Origin: Candidatus Velthaea sp.
Lineage (GTDB): Bacteria; Vulcanimicrobiota; Vulcanimicrobiia; Vulcanimicrobiales; Vulcanimicrobiaceae
Assembly: GCA_965214935.1 (NCBI GenBank)
Contig: CBDCCS010000021.1
Coordinates: forward strand, 353,772-417,771
Direction: 5' to 3'
Length of the DNA stretch: 64,000 nt
In this document: positions 1 through 8,830 of the stretch, in pieces
How positions within the stretch are numbered: position 1 is the stretch's first letter
How the letters are laid out: each line of letters starts with the position of its first letter
The notes under the pieces: generated by a model
Databases searched by the model: none
The model's input: only the letters and a program-made list of their open reading frames with translations
Told to the model about the DNA's origin: nothing
Position numbers and translations under genes: made by a program

Positions 1-745
1 AGCCGGACACTCATGAGCCGGCCGGCATCGACCGCGACGACGATCTGCTGGCTGCGCTCGACTTCGTATTGCGCCACCATCACCTTGCCTCGGCGCGCGG
101 TCGCTTTCCAATCGATCGTCCGGAATGGATCGCCGGCGGCGTAGTCGCGCAGACTTTCAAAGTCGGTACCGCTGCCGCGCCGGCGTATGCGGCGTAAACC
201 GCTATTGATGAGCGTGGTACGATTCGCCAACTCACTGCCGGCAAGTTCGTGCAGATCGGGTCGAATGAGACACGGGACAGCGACGCCGACGCGAATCCGC
301 CGGCGAACGAAACCGAGCGGCGACTCGAACCAAGCGAAGGCAACCCCCACGGTCGTTCGGCCGCGCTCGCGTGGAATGAAGCCGACGGCAACGGTCGTTC
401 GGCCCGCTGCGGCAACGGAGCCCCGCGCCGGACGCAACGCAACCTCGAGCTTGGCGGCCGGGGCCTCGAAGATCGCAAAGCGCAATCTCGTCGCGGAACG
501 GTTGACGACATCATAGCGAAACGAATCTGAGCGCGCGAGCATGAACTGAGCCGGCACCGATCGCACGATCTCGGGCGCGCGCGCGACCATCGCTGCATCC
601 GCGGCCAAGACCGCACACGCCGCCGCGAGCGCGCAGCCGACGGCGACCGGCCAAGGCACCGCGAGCGTCGCCCATCCGCTTACGAGCGCCAAGCCGCAGA
701 GGGCAACGATGCCGCGCGGCCCCACCCATGCGGGCGGAAAGGCAT
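1..745 (-). CDS. DUF58 domain protein (MoxR-associated), 3' end outside the window
   Basis: Not in the ORF track because it runs off the window. Manual translation from the ATG at 745, directly after the MoxR stop, gives an N-terminal hydrophobic segment and GSGTDFESLRDYAAGDPFRTIDWKATARRGKVMVAQYEVERSQQIVVAVDAGRLM, the typical DUF58 signature. Confidence 0.9.
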
Positions 746-1702
746 TCACTCGCGCGGCGCCGGGACCGTACCGACGATTCGCGTCACGATCGTTTTGGCG
801 TCGATGCCTTCGAGTTCGGCCTCCGGACGCGCGATGACCCGGTGCTCGAGGACCAGCGGCGCAACGCGTTTGACATCGTCGGGCGTCGCGAACGAGCGGC
901 CATCGATCGCCGCCGCAGCCTGCGCCGCTCGCACGAGCGCAAGCGTCGCGCGCGGACTGGCGCCGAGCGCCACGTCTGCAGCCGAACGGGTCGCCGCCGC
1001 CAAGGCATAGATATAGCCTTGCAGCGATTCGGCGACGTGCACGCCGCGGACGTCGGCTTGCGCTCCGATAACGTCGACAGCGCTGGCGACGGCGACCACG
1101 CCGGCCGCCTCGAGTTCGCGCGCATCGAAGCCGGCGACGGCACGAGCGATAAGGACACGCTCCTGGGCGGCTGACGGGTACGTGGTAAGCGTACGAACGA
1201 GAAAGCGATCGAGCTGGGCCTCAGGCAGCGGATACGTGCCCTCAAATTCGACCGGATTCTGCGTCGCGCAGACCATAAACGGCGCCGGCAGCAGTTGCGC
1301 TTCACCGTCGATGGTCGCTTGACGCTCTTCCATTGCTTCGAGCAACGCCGACTGCGTCTTGGGCGGAGTTCGGTTGATCTCATCGGCGAGCAGCAAGTTG
1401 GTGAAGATCGGTCCGCGGCGCAGCGAAAACGCAGCGTCGCGCGGATCGAAAACGGTCGTGCCGACGACATCCGACGGCATGAGATCGGGCGTAAACGCGA
1501 TGCGCCGAAATTGCAGGCCGAGTAGCCGCGCGAGCAGCCGGACGATCAACGTCTTGGCGGTCCCGGGCACGCCTTCGAGCAAAATATGTCCGCCGGCCAG
1601 GAGCGCAACGAGCAACGCGAAGAGCGTTTCGTCATTACCGACGACGACGCGTTCGAGTCCGGCCTGCAAACGCCGTGCGACGTCCGTCGCGAGCTCCGTC
1701 AT
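746..1702 (-). CDS. MoxR-family AAA+ ATPase
   Basis: Walker [18 protein letters not shown], Walker [31 protein letters not shown]. Start placed at ATG 1702 (MTELA). Confidence 0.95.
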   Translation of the reverse strand: MTELATDVARRLQAGLERVVVGNDETLFALLVALLAGGHILLEGVPGTAKTLIVRLLARLLGLQFRRIAFTPDLMPSDVVGTTVFDPRDAAFSLRRGPIFTNLLLADEINRTPPKTQSALLEAMEERQATIDGEAQLLPAPFMVCATQNPVEFEGTYPLPEAQLDRFLVRTLTTYPSAAQERVLIARAVAGFDARELEAAGVVAVASAVDVIGAQADVRGVHVAESLQGYIYALAAATRSAADVALGASPRATLALVRAAQAAAAIDGRSFATPDDVKRVAPLVLEHRVIARPEAELEGIDAKTIVTRIVGTVPAPRE

Positions 1703-2714
1703 AGTCCGAATCCTTCCGTTGCGCATACGCGTGTTGCGCGAGAGTCAGCAGTTGTGCATCGGTGCTCGGCGCGGCCGAGCCGGCGGCAACGAGCGCGCTT
1801 GCCGTCGCACGCGCCTGCGTGCGCTCGTAAAGACTTGCAAGCGCATCTAAAAATTCGACCGACGTCGGCTCGCGTTCCGGACTCAGCCGCATCGGCGGCC
1901 CGCTGCCGAACAAGCCGCCGATGAACGCCAGCAGGCCGGCAACGGCAACGATGCTCAACGCAACGCGCGTCGGTAGACCGAGTGCACGGTACCAGGGCCG
2001 GTCGATTAAAGCGCCGTGAATGCCGTCGTCAAAGGCGACGACGCCGCCGCTTCTGCGCGGGACGCCGATCAGATAGGCCAGCCGTGCATTGCCGCCGGCG
2101 GCTATGTTCGCATTATCGAACGGAACCGTATCGACGACGGCAACGACCTCACCCCGGCCCAACGGATAACGCACCACGATATCTCCGTTGCGATCGGAGA
2201 GCTCGGCTCGGCCGCTATGTTCGACGAGCAGCATGCGGTCCGCGCCGATCCGCTCGACGGTTCCGACGAGCGTAGCGTAGCTGCCGCGTAGCTTCCCGCG
2301 GGTGCCGACGTCGCGCAACAGCAGCGGTAATTCGAGCAGCGCGCGTTCAGGCTTGGCAAGCCCGGCGTGCCGGCCGATGTAGACCAAACGTCCGCCGGCG
2401 CGTACCCATGCGGCCATCGACGCAAGATCGGCGGCGGTTCGCACAGCCGGATCGGTAAACGCGGGTAACGGCTGCGCGGAGATGAGCGTATCGATCCGCC
2501 CGTCGAGTTCGATCGGGCGCAGAACGAAGCGCGTGACGGCGACTCGCTCGCGGTCGAGCAGTGTCGACCAAGCATGATAGCCGCCACCGGCAAAGTCGGT
2601 GCTGGCATACGTGTCGCCGGCGGGTGCCGGATTCCGCGCCGTTACGACTGCGACGGCCGCCAGCAAGAGCACGGCAACGATCGACGCTGCGCCGGTCGGC
2701 CCGATCCGTTTCAG
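1635..2714 (-). CDS. DUF4350-like membrane-anchored protein
   Basis: N-terminal [30 protein letters not shown], second TM, then [10 protein letters not shown]. Position directly upstream of MoxR fits the family. Start is CTG 2714 or GTG 2672. Confidence 0.75.
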   Translation of the reverse strand: MKRIGPTGAASIVAVLLLAAVAVVTARNPAPAGDTYASTDFAGGGYHAWSTLLDRERVAVTRFVLRPIELDGRIDTLISAQPLPAFTDPAVRTAADLASMAAWVRAGGRLVYIGRHAGLAKPERALLELPLLLRDVGTRGKLRGSYATLVGTVERIGADRMLLVEHSGRAELSDRNGDIVVRYPLGRGEVVAVVDTVPFDNANIAAGGNARLAYLIGVPRRSGGVVAFDDGIHGALIDRPWYRALGLPTRVALSIVAVAGLLAFIGGLFGSGPPMRLSPEREPTSVEFLDALASLYERTQARATASALVAAGSAAPSTDAQLLTLAQHAYAQRKDSDYDGARDGRRTAFAGRTRTRRRR

Positions 2715-3367
2715 CCCGCAGCTCCGAAGAAACGATCGTAACTCTGCGTCATGCGAGCAAACAGCTCGTCGCGCGGCTCGGATGCGGCAAACAAAGCAAC
2801 GACTGCGTCCCGCACGAGTTCATCGAAAGCCGGGTCGGCGACAACGCGCCGGTACTCGCCCGGCGTGCGCGCCGCATCGTAGCCGACCTTGCCGCGTTCG
2901 TCGAGTTCGCGTGTCGCGGCAGTGAAGAGGAGTCCGGCGGCATCCCGGTAGCGTCCGGCGCGAGCCGCCGCCAGCGCGGCTTGACGCAATTCGGCCGCCC
3001 GTACGCCGGCCGCCGAAGGGGCGTCGCTGCGCCGCACATTTCGGCTGCGCGCGTCCCGGCGGACCGACCGGATAAGCCGAAAAAGACAGAAACCCAGCAG
3101 CCCGATCGCCGCTGCAATCAGCACGAAGCCGATTGCGGGTCCGAACGGGTTTGCGCCGCCCAGCACGTGGTCGAGCGTGTGAAAAAACCGCTGTAAGAGT
3201 GCACGCAACGAGTCGCCCAGCACATCGAGCCACGACCGTTGCGCCGGCGATTCGGCCGCGCGCGCGATGTACCGCGGATCGGCGACGATGGCGCGAGCAA
3301 CATCGCGTGGATCGCGGTTGGGCCAGGGCGCGGTTCGCAGTTCGGGCCGAGGCAGCCGAGCGATCAG
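2711..3367 (-). CDS. DUF4129-like membrane protein
   Basis: Only the 3' part of track ORF 2711..4078 looks real: ARAIVADPRY, one TM, AARAGRYRDA, RTPGEY. Start is uncertain (CTG 3367 or GTG 3223). Confidence 0.7.
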   Translation of the reverse strand: MIARLPRPELRTAPWPNRDPRDVARAIVADPRYIARAAESPAQRSWLDVLGDSLRALLQRFFHTLDHVLGGANPFGPAIGFVLIAAAIGLLGFCLFRLIRSVRRDARSRNVRRSDAPSAAGVRAAELRQAALAAARAGRYRDAAGLLFTAATRELDERGKVGYDAARTPGEYRRVVADPAFDELVRDAVVALFAASEPRDELFARMTQSYDRFFGAAG

Positions 3368-4311
3368 ATCGCGGCGCTTTGCGCAGCGATCGCGAGATCG
3401 TAACCTTCGCGGCGCACGCGCACGTCGATCGAATACATGACGACGAACGTCAGAACCAGCGCGTTGAGAACGAGTCCTCCGATGACCGCGACGATCGGAT
3501 AGAGCGCACTGATGTGACTGACGACGCTGATCCCGGCCGCAACGGCAACGAGTACGAGCGAGCCCAAGAACGTAACGATGAATGCGATGAGCGAGACCAG
3601 CAGCGAACGCCAAAAGATCGGCGGGCTCAACGTGCGCCGGAGCCCGTGCGCGATGCCGCGGATCGGGTTGGCTTGTTCGAGCGCAATCGAAATGAAGCTT
3701 AACGTCGCGGCGAGATAGAGCAGCGCAAAGCTTGCAATAAACACCAGCACGCCGAGGACGGCAAACGCGATGCCGACGATCGTCGCGGCCGCTGTCGAAA
3801 CGACGCTCAGCGCGCCGAAGGCGAGCGCAATCAGAAACACGACGATCGTCAATCCGACCAGCAACACGATGGCGAGGCCGGCAAACGCCGCAATGGCAAC
3901 AATCTGCGGGAGCCAGCAGCGCACGGCTCGACGGTACACGTCGCGCACCGAAGCGACGCGACCGGCGGAAGACTCGCCCACGGCCAACACGCAAGCCGTA
4001 TACGAGACGACGTTGAACAGCAAACCGGCAAACACAAGTATTGCGCTCCATGCGCTCAGCCGGTTTTGTGCTACCCAATGCGCGATGAGTGCCTGTTGTT
4101 CGCGTTGATGTCCGGGCGGGATGGCAATGTAGCGCTGCAGGTCATCGATAAAATTTACCGTCTGCGGCGCTGAGATGTAGCGGCAGAGATCGACCGGAAT
4201 TGCGACGAGCGCAAGAATGAGCATGAAGATCGCAAAGTGCCGCACGAACAACGTCACGGCGCGATCGAGAATTTCGCCGATGCGCAAAGGCCGCAAATCT
4301 GGCTGTATCAC
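3364..4311 (-). CDS. Multi-pass membrane protein heading the MoxR operon
   Basis: N-terminal LRPLRIGEILDRA, about 6 hydrophobic segments and C-terminal YSIDVRVRREGYDL, typical of membrane proteins in DUF4129/DUF4350/MoxR operons. Confidence 0.75.
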   Translation of the reverse strand: MIQPDLRPLRIGEILDRAVTLFVRHFAIFMLILALVAIPVDLCRYISAPQTVNFIDDLQRYIAIPPGHQREQQALIAHWVAQNRLSAWSAILVFAGLLFNVVSYTACVLAVGESSAGRVASVRDVYRRAVRCWLPQIVAIAAFAGLAIVLLVGLTIVVFLIALAFGALSVVSTAAATIVGIAFAVLGVLVFIASFALLYLAATLSFISIALEQANPIRGIAHGLRRTLSPPIFWRSLLVSLIAFIVTFLGSLVLVAVAAGISVVSHISALYPIVAVIGGLVLNALVLTFVVMYSIDVRVRREGYDLAIAAQSAAI

Positions 4312-4360
4312 GTGCCCGGAGCGTTCGGATTACGGCCGCCTAAACCCTTAGCCGGGGACT

Positions 4361-4966
4361 TCACGAGGCGATAAGCCGCCGGCCTTCGAGGGCTTTGGCT
4401 AACGTGACTTCGTCGGCGTAATCAAGATCGCCGCCGATCGGCAATCCGTACGCTAAGCGGGTAACGCGCACGCCGCTCGGTGTAATGAGCCGCGATAGAT
4501 ACAGCGCCGTCGCTTCACCTTCGGCATTCGGATTCGTTGCAACGACGACTTCGTGCGGATCCTCGCCGGCGATCCGTTCGATTAATTCTTTAATGCGCAA
4601 TTGGGCGGGGCCGATACCATCCATCGGCGAGATTACGCCGCCGATCACGTGGTAACGGCCGTTATAGGCCGAAGTTCGTTCGAGTGCATAAATGTCTTTG
4701 GCTTCGGCGACGACGCACAGCAGCGTTGCGTCGCGTCGCGGATCGTTGCAGATGTCGCACGGATCGTCTTCGGTAATGGCAAAGCAGCGCGAACAAAGCC
4801 GTACGCGGTCTTTGAGTGCGACGATTGCATTAGCCAGCGTTTCGGCATCGGCGCGCGGCCGATTGAGTAAGTAGAAAACAAGTCGCGCAGCCGTCTTCGG
4901 ACCGATGGTCGGTAATTTGGAAAATTCATTGATCAGCGCCGCGACCGGTCCGGCAATTGCGTTGAT
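4361..4966 (-). CDS. recR: Recombination mediator RecR
   Basis: The frame is open upstream of the track ORF and gives NAIAGPVAALINEFSKLPTIGPKTAARL, a C4 zinc finger (CSRC..CDIC) and TOPRIM (ATNPNAEGEATA, GLPIGGDLDYAD). 201 aa if started at ATC 4966. Confidence 0.95.
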   Translation of the reverse strand: MNAIAGPVAALINEFSKLPTIGPKTAARLVFYLLNRPRADAETLANAIVALKDRVRLCSRCFAITEDDPCDICNDPRRDATLLCVVAEAKDIYALERTSAYNGRYHVIGGVISPMDGIGPAQLRIKELIERIAGEDPHEVVVATNPNAEGEATALYLSRLITPSGVRVTRLAYGLPIGGDLDYADEVTLAKALEGRRLIAS

Positions 4967-4998
4967 TGCGAATGCCTATGCGTTCGAGCGAAGCGGCA

Positions 4999-5316
4999 TC
5001 ACATCAGTCCCGGAATGCGCATTCCGCCGGTGAGCGCACCCATTTTGGTCGAACTGAGCGCCTGCACTTTGCCCAGCGCGTCGTTGAGCGCGACGATGAG
5101 CAAATCTTCGAGCGTCTCGATGTCTTGCGGATCGACCGCCTCGGGCGCAAGGGTGATTTTGGTGACCTTGAAGTCGCCGTTGAGCGCGACGCTGACCGCA
5201 CCGCCGCCGGCTGAGCCCTCGACGATGGTTGCTGCGAGTTCCTCTTGAACGCGCGTCATCTCTTGTTGCATCTTACGCAATTGCGCCATCATCTGGGCTT
5301 GATTCGGTTGCGGCAT
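4999..5316 (-). CDS. ybaB: YbaB/EbfC nucleoid-associated protein
   Basis: MMAQLRKMQQEM..GSAGGGAV..DIETLEDLLIVALNDA..GMRIPG; classic dnaX-ybaB-recR order. Confidence 0.93.
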   Translation of the reverse strand: MPQPNQAQMMAQLRKMQQEMTRVQEELAATIVEGSAGGGAVSVALNGDFKVTKITLAPEAVDPQDIETLEDLLIVALNDALGKVQALSSTKMGALTGGMRIPGLM

Positions 5317-5377
5317 GTCGATTCTCTCAAGAAAGCAGGGTCGGGTGAAAGGCCGGCTCGTGCGGCCGGAACGACGC

Positions 5378-6991
5378 TCACCGCGGTAAGGTATCGATTG
5401 CATACCGCACGAGGTCACCCGGCTCATCGTGCGGCTCGGGTGCGTCTTCGGCGGAGCGCCCATTGTCAATGACGATACGGACTTCAAGCGGCCGCCCGAG
5501 CACGTCGTCGATGGCGTTGCGCAAGGCGCCAAGGTTCGCCTTGAGGATATCGGCGAGGTTGCGATCGGGAACGCGTAACGTTACACCGGTACGATCGAGC
5601 GTACCGACCGTTGTTTGCGACAATGCGGTTCGTAATGATGGTTTTCGTCCTTCCGCCCGCGTGCGCACGCTTTGCCACAACGATTTGACTTTTTGCAACG
5701 TCAGGTCGCCGGCCGCGACAGCCGGTATGGCAATCTCCGGCGCGACATCGGCCTGCGGCGGAGCCGATTGCACGCTTGCCGGAGCCGGCTCGGCCTTCCC
5801 GGCGGGCTCGATTGCGCCGCCTGTGCTGCGCGCACCGTTCGCCGCACGCGCGGTCCGCGGCTCATCGGTTTCAAGCGCCGCCACGCGTGCCGCGAGTGCG
5901 TCGAGCGACGGGTCTTCGGTCTGCAGAATAAAGCGCAGGATCGCCGTCTCGACCTCGAGCCGGGCATTGCCCGAACCGCGTGCCGCCGCCAACGCATCGG
6001 CCAACAAACGCAAGCCGCGAATGAGCCGCGTCTGCGGCGTCGCGCGCGCACGGGCGAGCGCCGCGGCCGCATCGTCACCGGAGAGGTCGCGCGAGAGCAG
6101 TTCGGGATTGATCCGGGCCACCAGTAAGTGGCGGAACTCGGCGATCGTACTGCGGATGAGACCGGTCATGTCCGCCCCGGCGTCGCTTGCCTCGTCGATC
6201 GCGCCGAGCGCCGCGGTCGGCTCGCCGTCGAGCGCCGCGGTCAGCAATCGTCGCGCGAACTCGCGGCCGGTCTGCCCGAATGCGGCGTCGACGCTCGCTG
6301 CATCGACCGGTCCGCCGGCAAACGCCGCGACCTGTTCGAGCATCGTGAGGGCATCCCGCAATCCGCCGTCGGCTCGATACGCAATCGCACCGAGCGCCGC
6401 TTCGTCGATAACTATTCCCTCTGCGGCGCCGATTGTACGCATCCGGCCGATCATCGTTTCGATCGGGATGCGACGAAATGCATAGCGCTGACAGCGCGAG
6501 AGAATCGTCGGCGGTAATGCCTCGGGCGCCGTTGTCGCCAGTATGAACACCGCATACGGCGGCGGTTCTTCGAGCGTTTTGAGAAATGCGTTCGCGCCTT
6601 CTTTAGTCAGCATGTGCGCCTCATCGATGATGTAGACTTTCATCCGCATCGTCGCCGGCGCAAATTTAACCGCATCGCGCAGCGCGCGAATCTCATCGAT
6701 ACCGCGATTCGAGGCCGCATCGATTTCCAATACGTCGAGCGCCGTGCCGGCCAGAATCGCGCGACAATTTTCGCAGGTATTGTCCGGAACGGCAGTTGGA
6801 CCGTTTACGCACTCGATACAGCGGGCGAGAATTTTCGCGGCCGACGTCTTGCCCGAACCACGCGGTCCCGAGAAGAGATACGCATGCGCTAAGCGGCCCG
6901 TATCGATAGCTGTCGTCAACGTTCTGACGACGGCGTCTTGCCCGACGAGATCGGCGAACAACTGCGGTCGCCAGGTGCGATATAAGGACAT
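5378..6991 (-). CDS. dnaX: DNA polymerase III subunit gamma/tau
   Basis: LYRTWRP, GPRGSGKTS, Zn-binding Cys cluster, EIDAASNRG, IIDEAHML, SRC motif. Confidence 0.97.
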   Translation of the reverse strand: MSLYRTWRPQLFADLVGQDAVVRTLTTAIDTGRLAHAYLFSGPRGSGKTSAAKILARCIECVNGPTAVPDNTCENCRAILAGTALDVLEIDAASNRGIDEIRALRDAVKFAPATMRMKVYIIDEAHMLTKEGANAFLKTLEEPPPYAVFILATTAPEALPPTILSRCQRYAFRRIPIETMIGRMRTIGAAEGIVIDEAALGAIAYRADGGLRDALTMLEQVAAFAGGPVDAASVDAAFGQTGREFARRLLTAALDGEPTAALGAIDEASDAGADMTGLIRSTIAEFRHLLVARINPELLSRDLSGDDAAAALARARATPQTRLIRGLRLLADALAAARGSGNARLEVETAILRFILQTEDPSLDALAARVAALETDEPRTARAANGARSTGGAIEPAGKAEPAPASVQSAPPQADVAPEIAIPAVAAGDLTLQKVKSLWQSVRTRAEGRKPSLRTALSQTTVGTLDRTGVTLRVPDRNLADILKANLGALRNAIDDVLGRPLEVRIVIDNGRSAEDAPEPHDEPGDLVRYAIDTLPR

Positions 6992-7164
6992 TCCGTTAAC
7001 GTGTTTCGGGAAGCGCCGGGTGCATTCCGGTCGACTGCACGCGGTGTTTATGCAGCAGACGGCGCGGGTAAGCGAAACGAGTCGCGTTTTTCGTTACAAT
7101 GCACGCCCGTATTGTCGGGGGTGCATCTTGCATCGGCGGCGCGCTCATCGATCGAGGAGCAATC

Positions 7165-8793
7165 GTGGCGGTAGCGGCTTTCGACGTGCACACGGCGCTG
7201 CATGAGCACTTTGGATTCGACCGGTTTCAGCCGGGTCAAGAAGAAATCATTACACGGGTCTTAGCCGGTCAGGATACCCTCGCGATCCTCGCCACCGGGG
7301 CCGGTAAATCGTTGTGCTATCAACTGCCGGCTCTCATCCTTACGGGAACGACACTCGTCGTGAGTCCGCTGATCGCTTTGATGAAAGACCAGATCGACAT
7401 GTTGCACGAACGCGGCGTCGAGCACGTCGTCGCGCTCAATTCGACCTTGTCCGAAGATCAAGAAGCGACGGCGATCGAGCAGATCGCGACCGGCACGATC
7501 AAGATCGTCTTCGTTACGCCCGAGAAGCTCGAGGACGACCGGTTCGTGACAATGCTCGCGAAACTCCACGTACCGCTCTTCGTCGTCGACGAGGCGCATT
7601 GCATCAGCGCCTGGGGTCACGACTTCCGGCCCGCGTACCTCAACCTCGGCCGCGTGATAATGCAACTTCGCAAACCGACCGTCTTGGCCTTGACGGCGAC
7701 TGCGACGCCGGCGGTTCGCGAGGACATCCTCGTGCAGTTGGGCATTCCCGACGTAAAGCCGATCGTCAAAGGTTTCGACCGGCCGAATTTACGTTACGAA
7801 GTCAAGCGCGCCGATTCCGAGGCAGCCAAACTCAAGATCTTACGCGAGCTTTTCGAGACCGGCTTAGACGGCACGGGCATTATCTATACCGCAACGATCA
7901 AGAACGCGCTCGAAGTCCAGCACTACTTACACGACACACTCAATTTGCCGGCCGCCGTTTATCACTCCAAGCTGCAAAAGCAAGATCGCATTTCGGTGCA
8001 CGAGCTTTTCATGAATGAGAGCATTCGGGCGGTTGTGGCGACCAATGCTTTCGGCCTCGGCATCGACAAGCCTAATATCCGTTTCGTCGTGCATTACGAC
8101 TTACCGGGTTCGGTCGAAGCGTATACGCAAGAAGCGGGCCGGGCCGGTCGCGACGGCAATCTCTCCCGATGTATCTTGCTTTACCGCATGAGCGACACGC
8201 GCGTACAGAACTATTTCTTGACCGGCAAATATCCCGACGTCGAGGAAGTACAGAAAGTTTTCGGCACCCTGGAATTTTTCGGTACGCAAGAAGGCGGCGT
8301 GTCGCTCACCGATCTGCGGAAGATTTCGCAATTACCGTTGACGAAGCTTAAAGTAATCCTCGCACTATTGAAAAAATCCGGTTTTATCGAGACGCAGACC
8401 CGCGCGAAATATACGTTGACCGACAATGCGCGTGAGAAACGCGAGTTGCTGTTGAATCTTGCGAATTACGAGACCAAGAAGAGCTACGATCAATCGAAAC
8501 TTGCGATGATGCTGCAATATTGCGAAACGTCATCTTGCCGGCGACGCTTTATCTTAAACTACTTTGGAGAAGATTTCGAGACGGAAAATTGCGGCGCTTG
8601 CGATAATTGTTTGCATGGCAACCGCTCGCAAACGCTGTCCGGTTACCGGATCGCAGATGTGGTATTTCATTCGAAGTTCGGGCAAGGCACGGTCGAACGC
8701 GCCGAGAAAGACCTCGTTACGGTTTTGTTTCCCGACGTCGGTTACAAAACGTTACTTGCCTCAGCGGTAAGCCGGGAAGCGAAGATCGCTTAG
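7165..8793 (+). CDS. recQ: RecQ-family ATP-dependent DNA helicase
   Basis: TGAGKSLCYQ, DEAHCISAWGHDFRP, ALTATAT, QEAGRAGRDG, Zn site CRR..CGACDNC. SD GAGGAG precedes GTG 7165, with a TACAAT -10-like element at 7095-7100. Confidence 0.92.
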   Translation: MAVAAFDVHTALHEHFGFDRFQPGQEEIITRVLAGQDTLAILATGAGKSLCYQLPALILTGTTLVVSPLIALMKDQIDMLHERGVEHVVALNSTLSEDQEATAIEQIATGTIKIVFVTPEKLEDDRFVTMLAKLHVPLFVVDEAHCISAWGHDFRPAYLNLGRVIMQLRKPTVLALTATATPAVREDILVQLGIPDVKPIVKGFDRPNLRYEVKRADSEAAKLKILRELFETGLDGTGIIYTATIKNALEVQHYLHDTLNLPAAVYHSKLQKQDRISVHELFMNESIRAVVATNAFGLGIDKPNIRFVVHYDLPGSVEAYTQEAGRAGRDGNLSRCILLYRMSDTRVQNYFLTGKYPDVEEVQKVFGTLEFFGTQEGGVSLTDLRKISQLPLTKLKVILALLKKSGFIETQTRAKYTLTDNAREKRELLLNLANYETKKSYDQSKLAMMLQYCETSSCRRRFILNYFGEDFETENCGACDNCLHGNRSQTLSGYRIADVVFHSKFGQGTVERAEKDLVTVLFPDVGYKTLLASAVSREAKIA

Positions 8794-8830
8794 CTAGCTG
8801 CCGATTTCGGCTGTCTCGAAGGAGAGCCAT

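Noticed and set aside
4645..4929. Apparent split or frameshifted recR suggested by two track ORFs
   Set aside because: ORF 4645..4929 is an off-frame shadow. The true RecR frame is continuous from 4966 to 4361.
5685..5700. Possible dnaX -1 frameshift site (CAA AAA GTC)
   Set aside because: Only five A's and not the A AAA AAG heptamer; no evident stimulatory hairpin.
5463..6485. Long antisense and alternate-frame ORFs (e.g. 5463..6485, 10475..11545, 28205..28993, 33147..34100)
   Set aside because: These are Arg/Ala/Ser-rich shadows of real genes, expected at high GC, with no recognisable motifs.
6992..7164. SRP RNA, often found upstream of dnaX
   Set aside because: The conserved domain IV motif (CAGG..GGAA..AGCAG hairpin) was not seen on either strand; the gap looks like a divergent promoter region.
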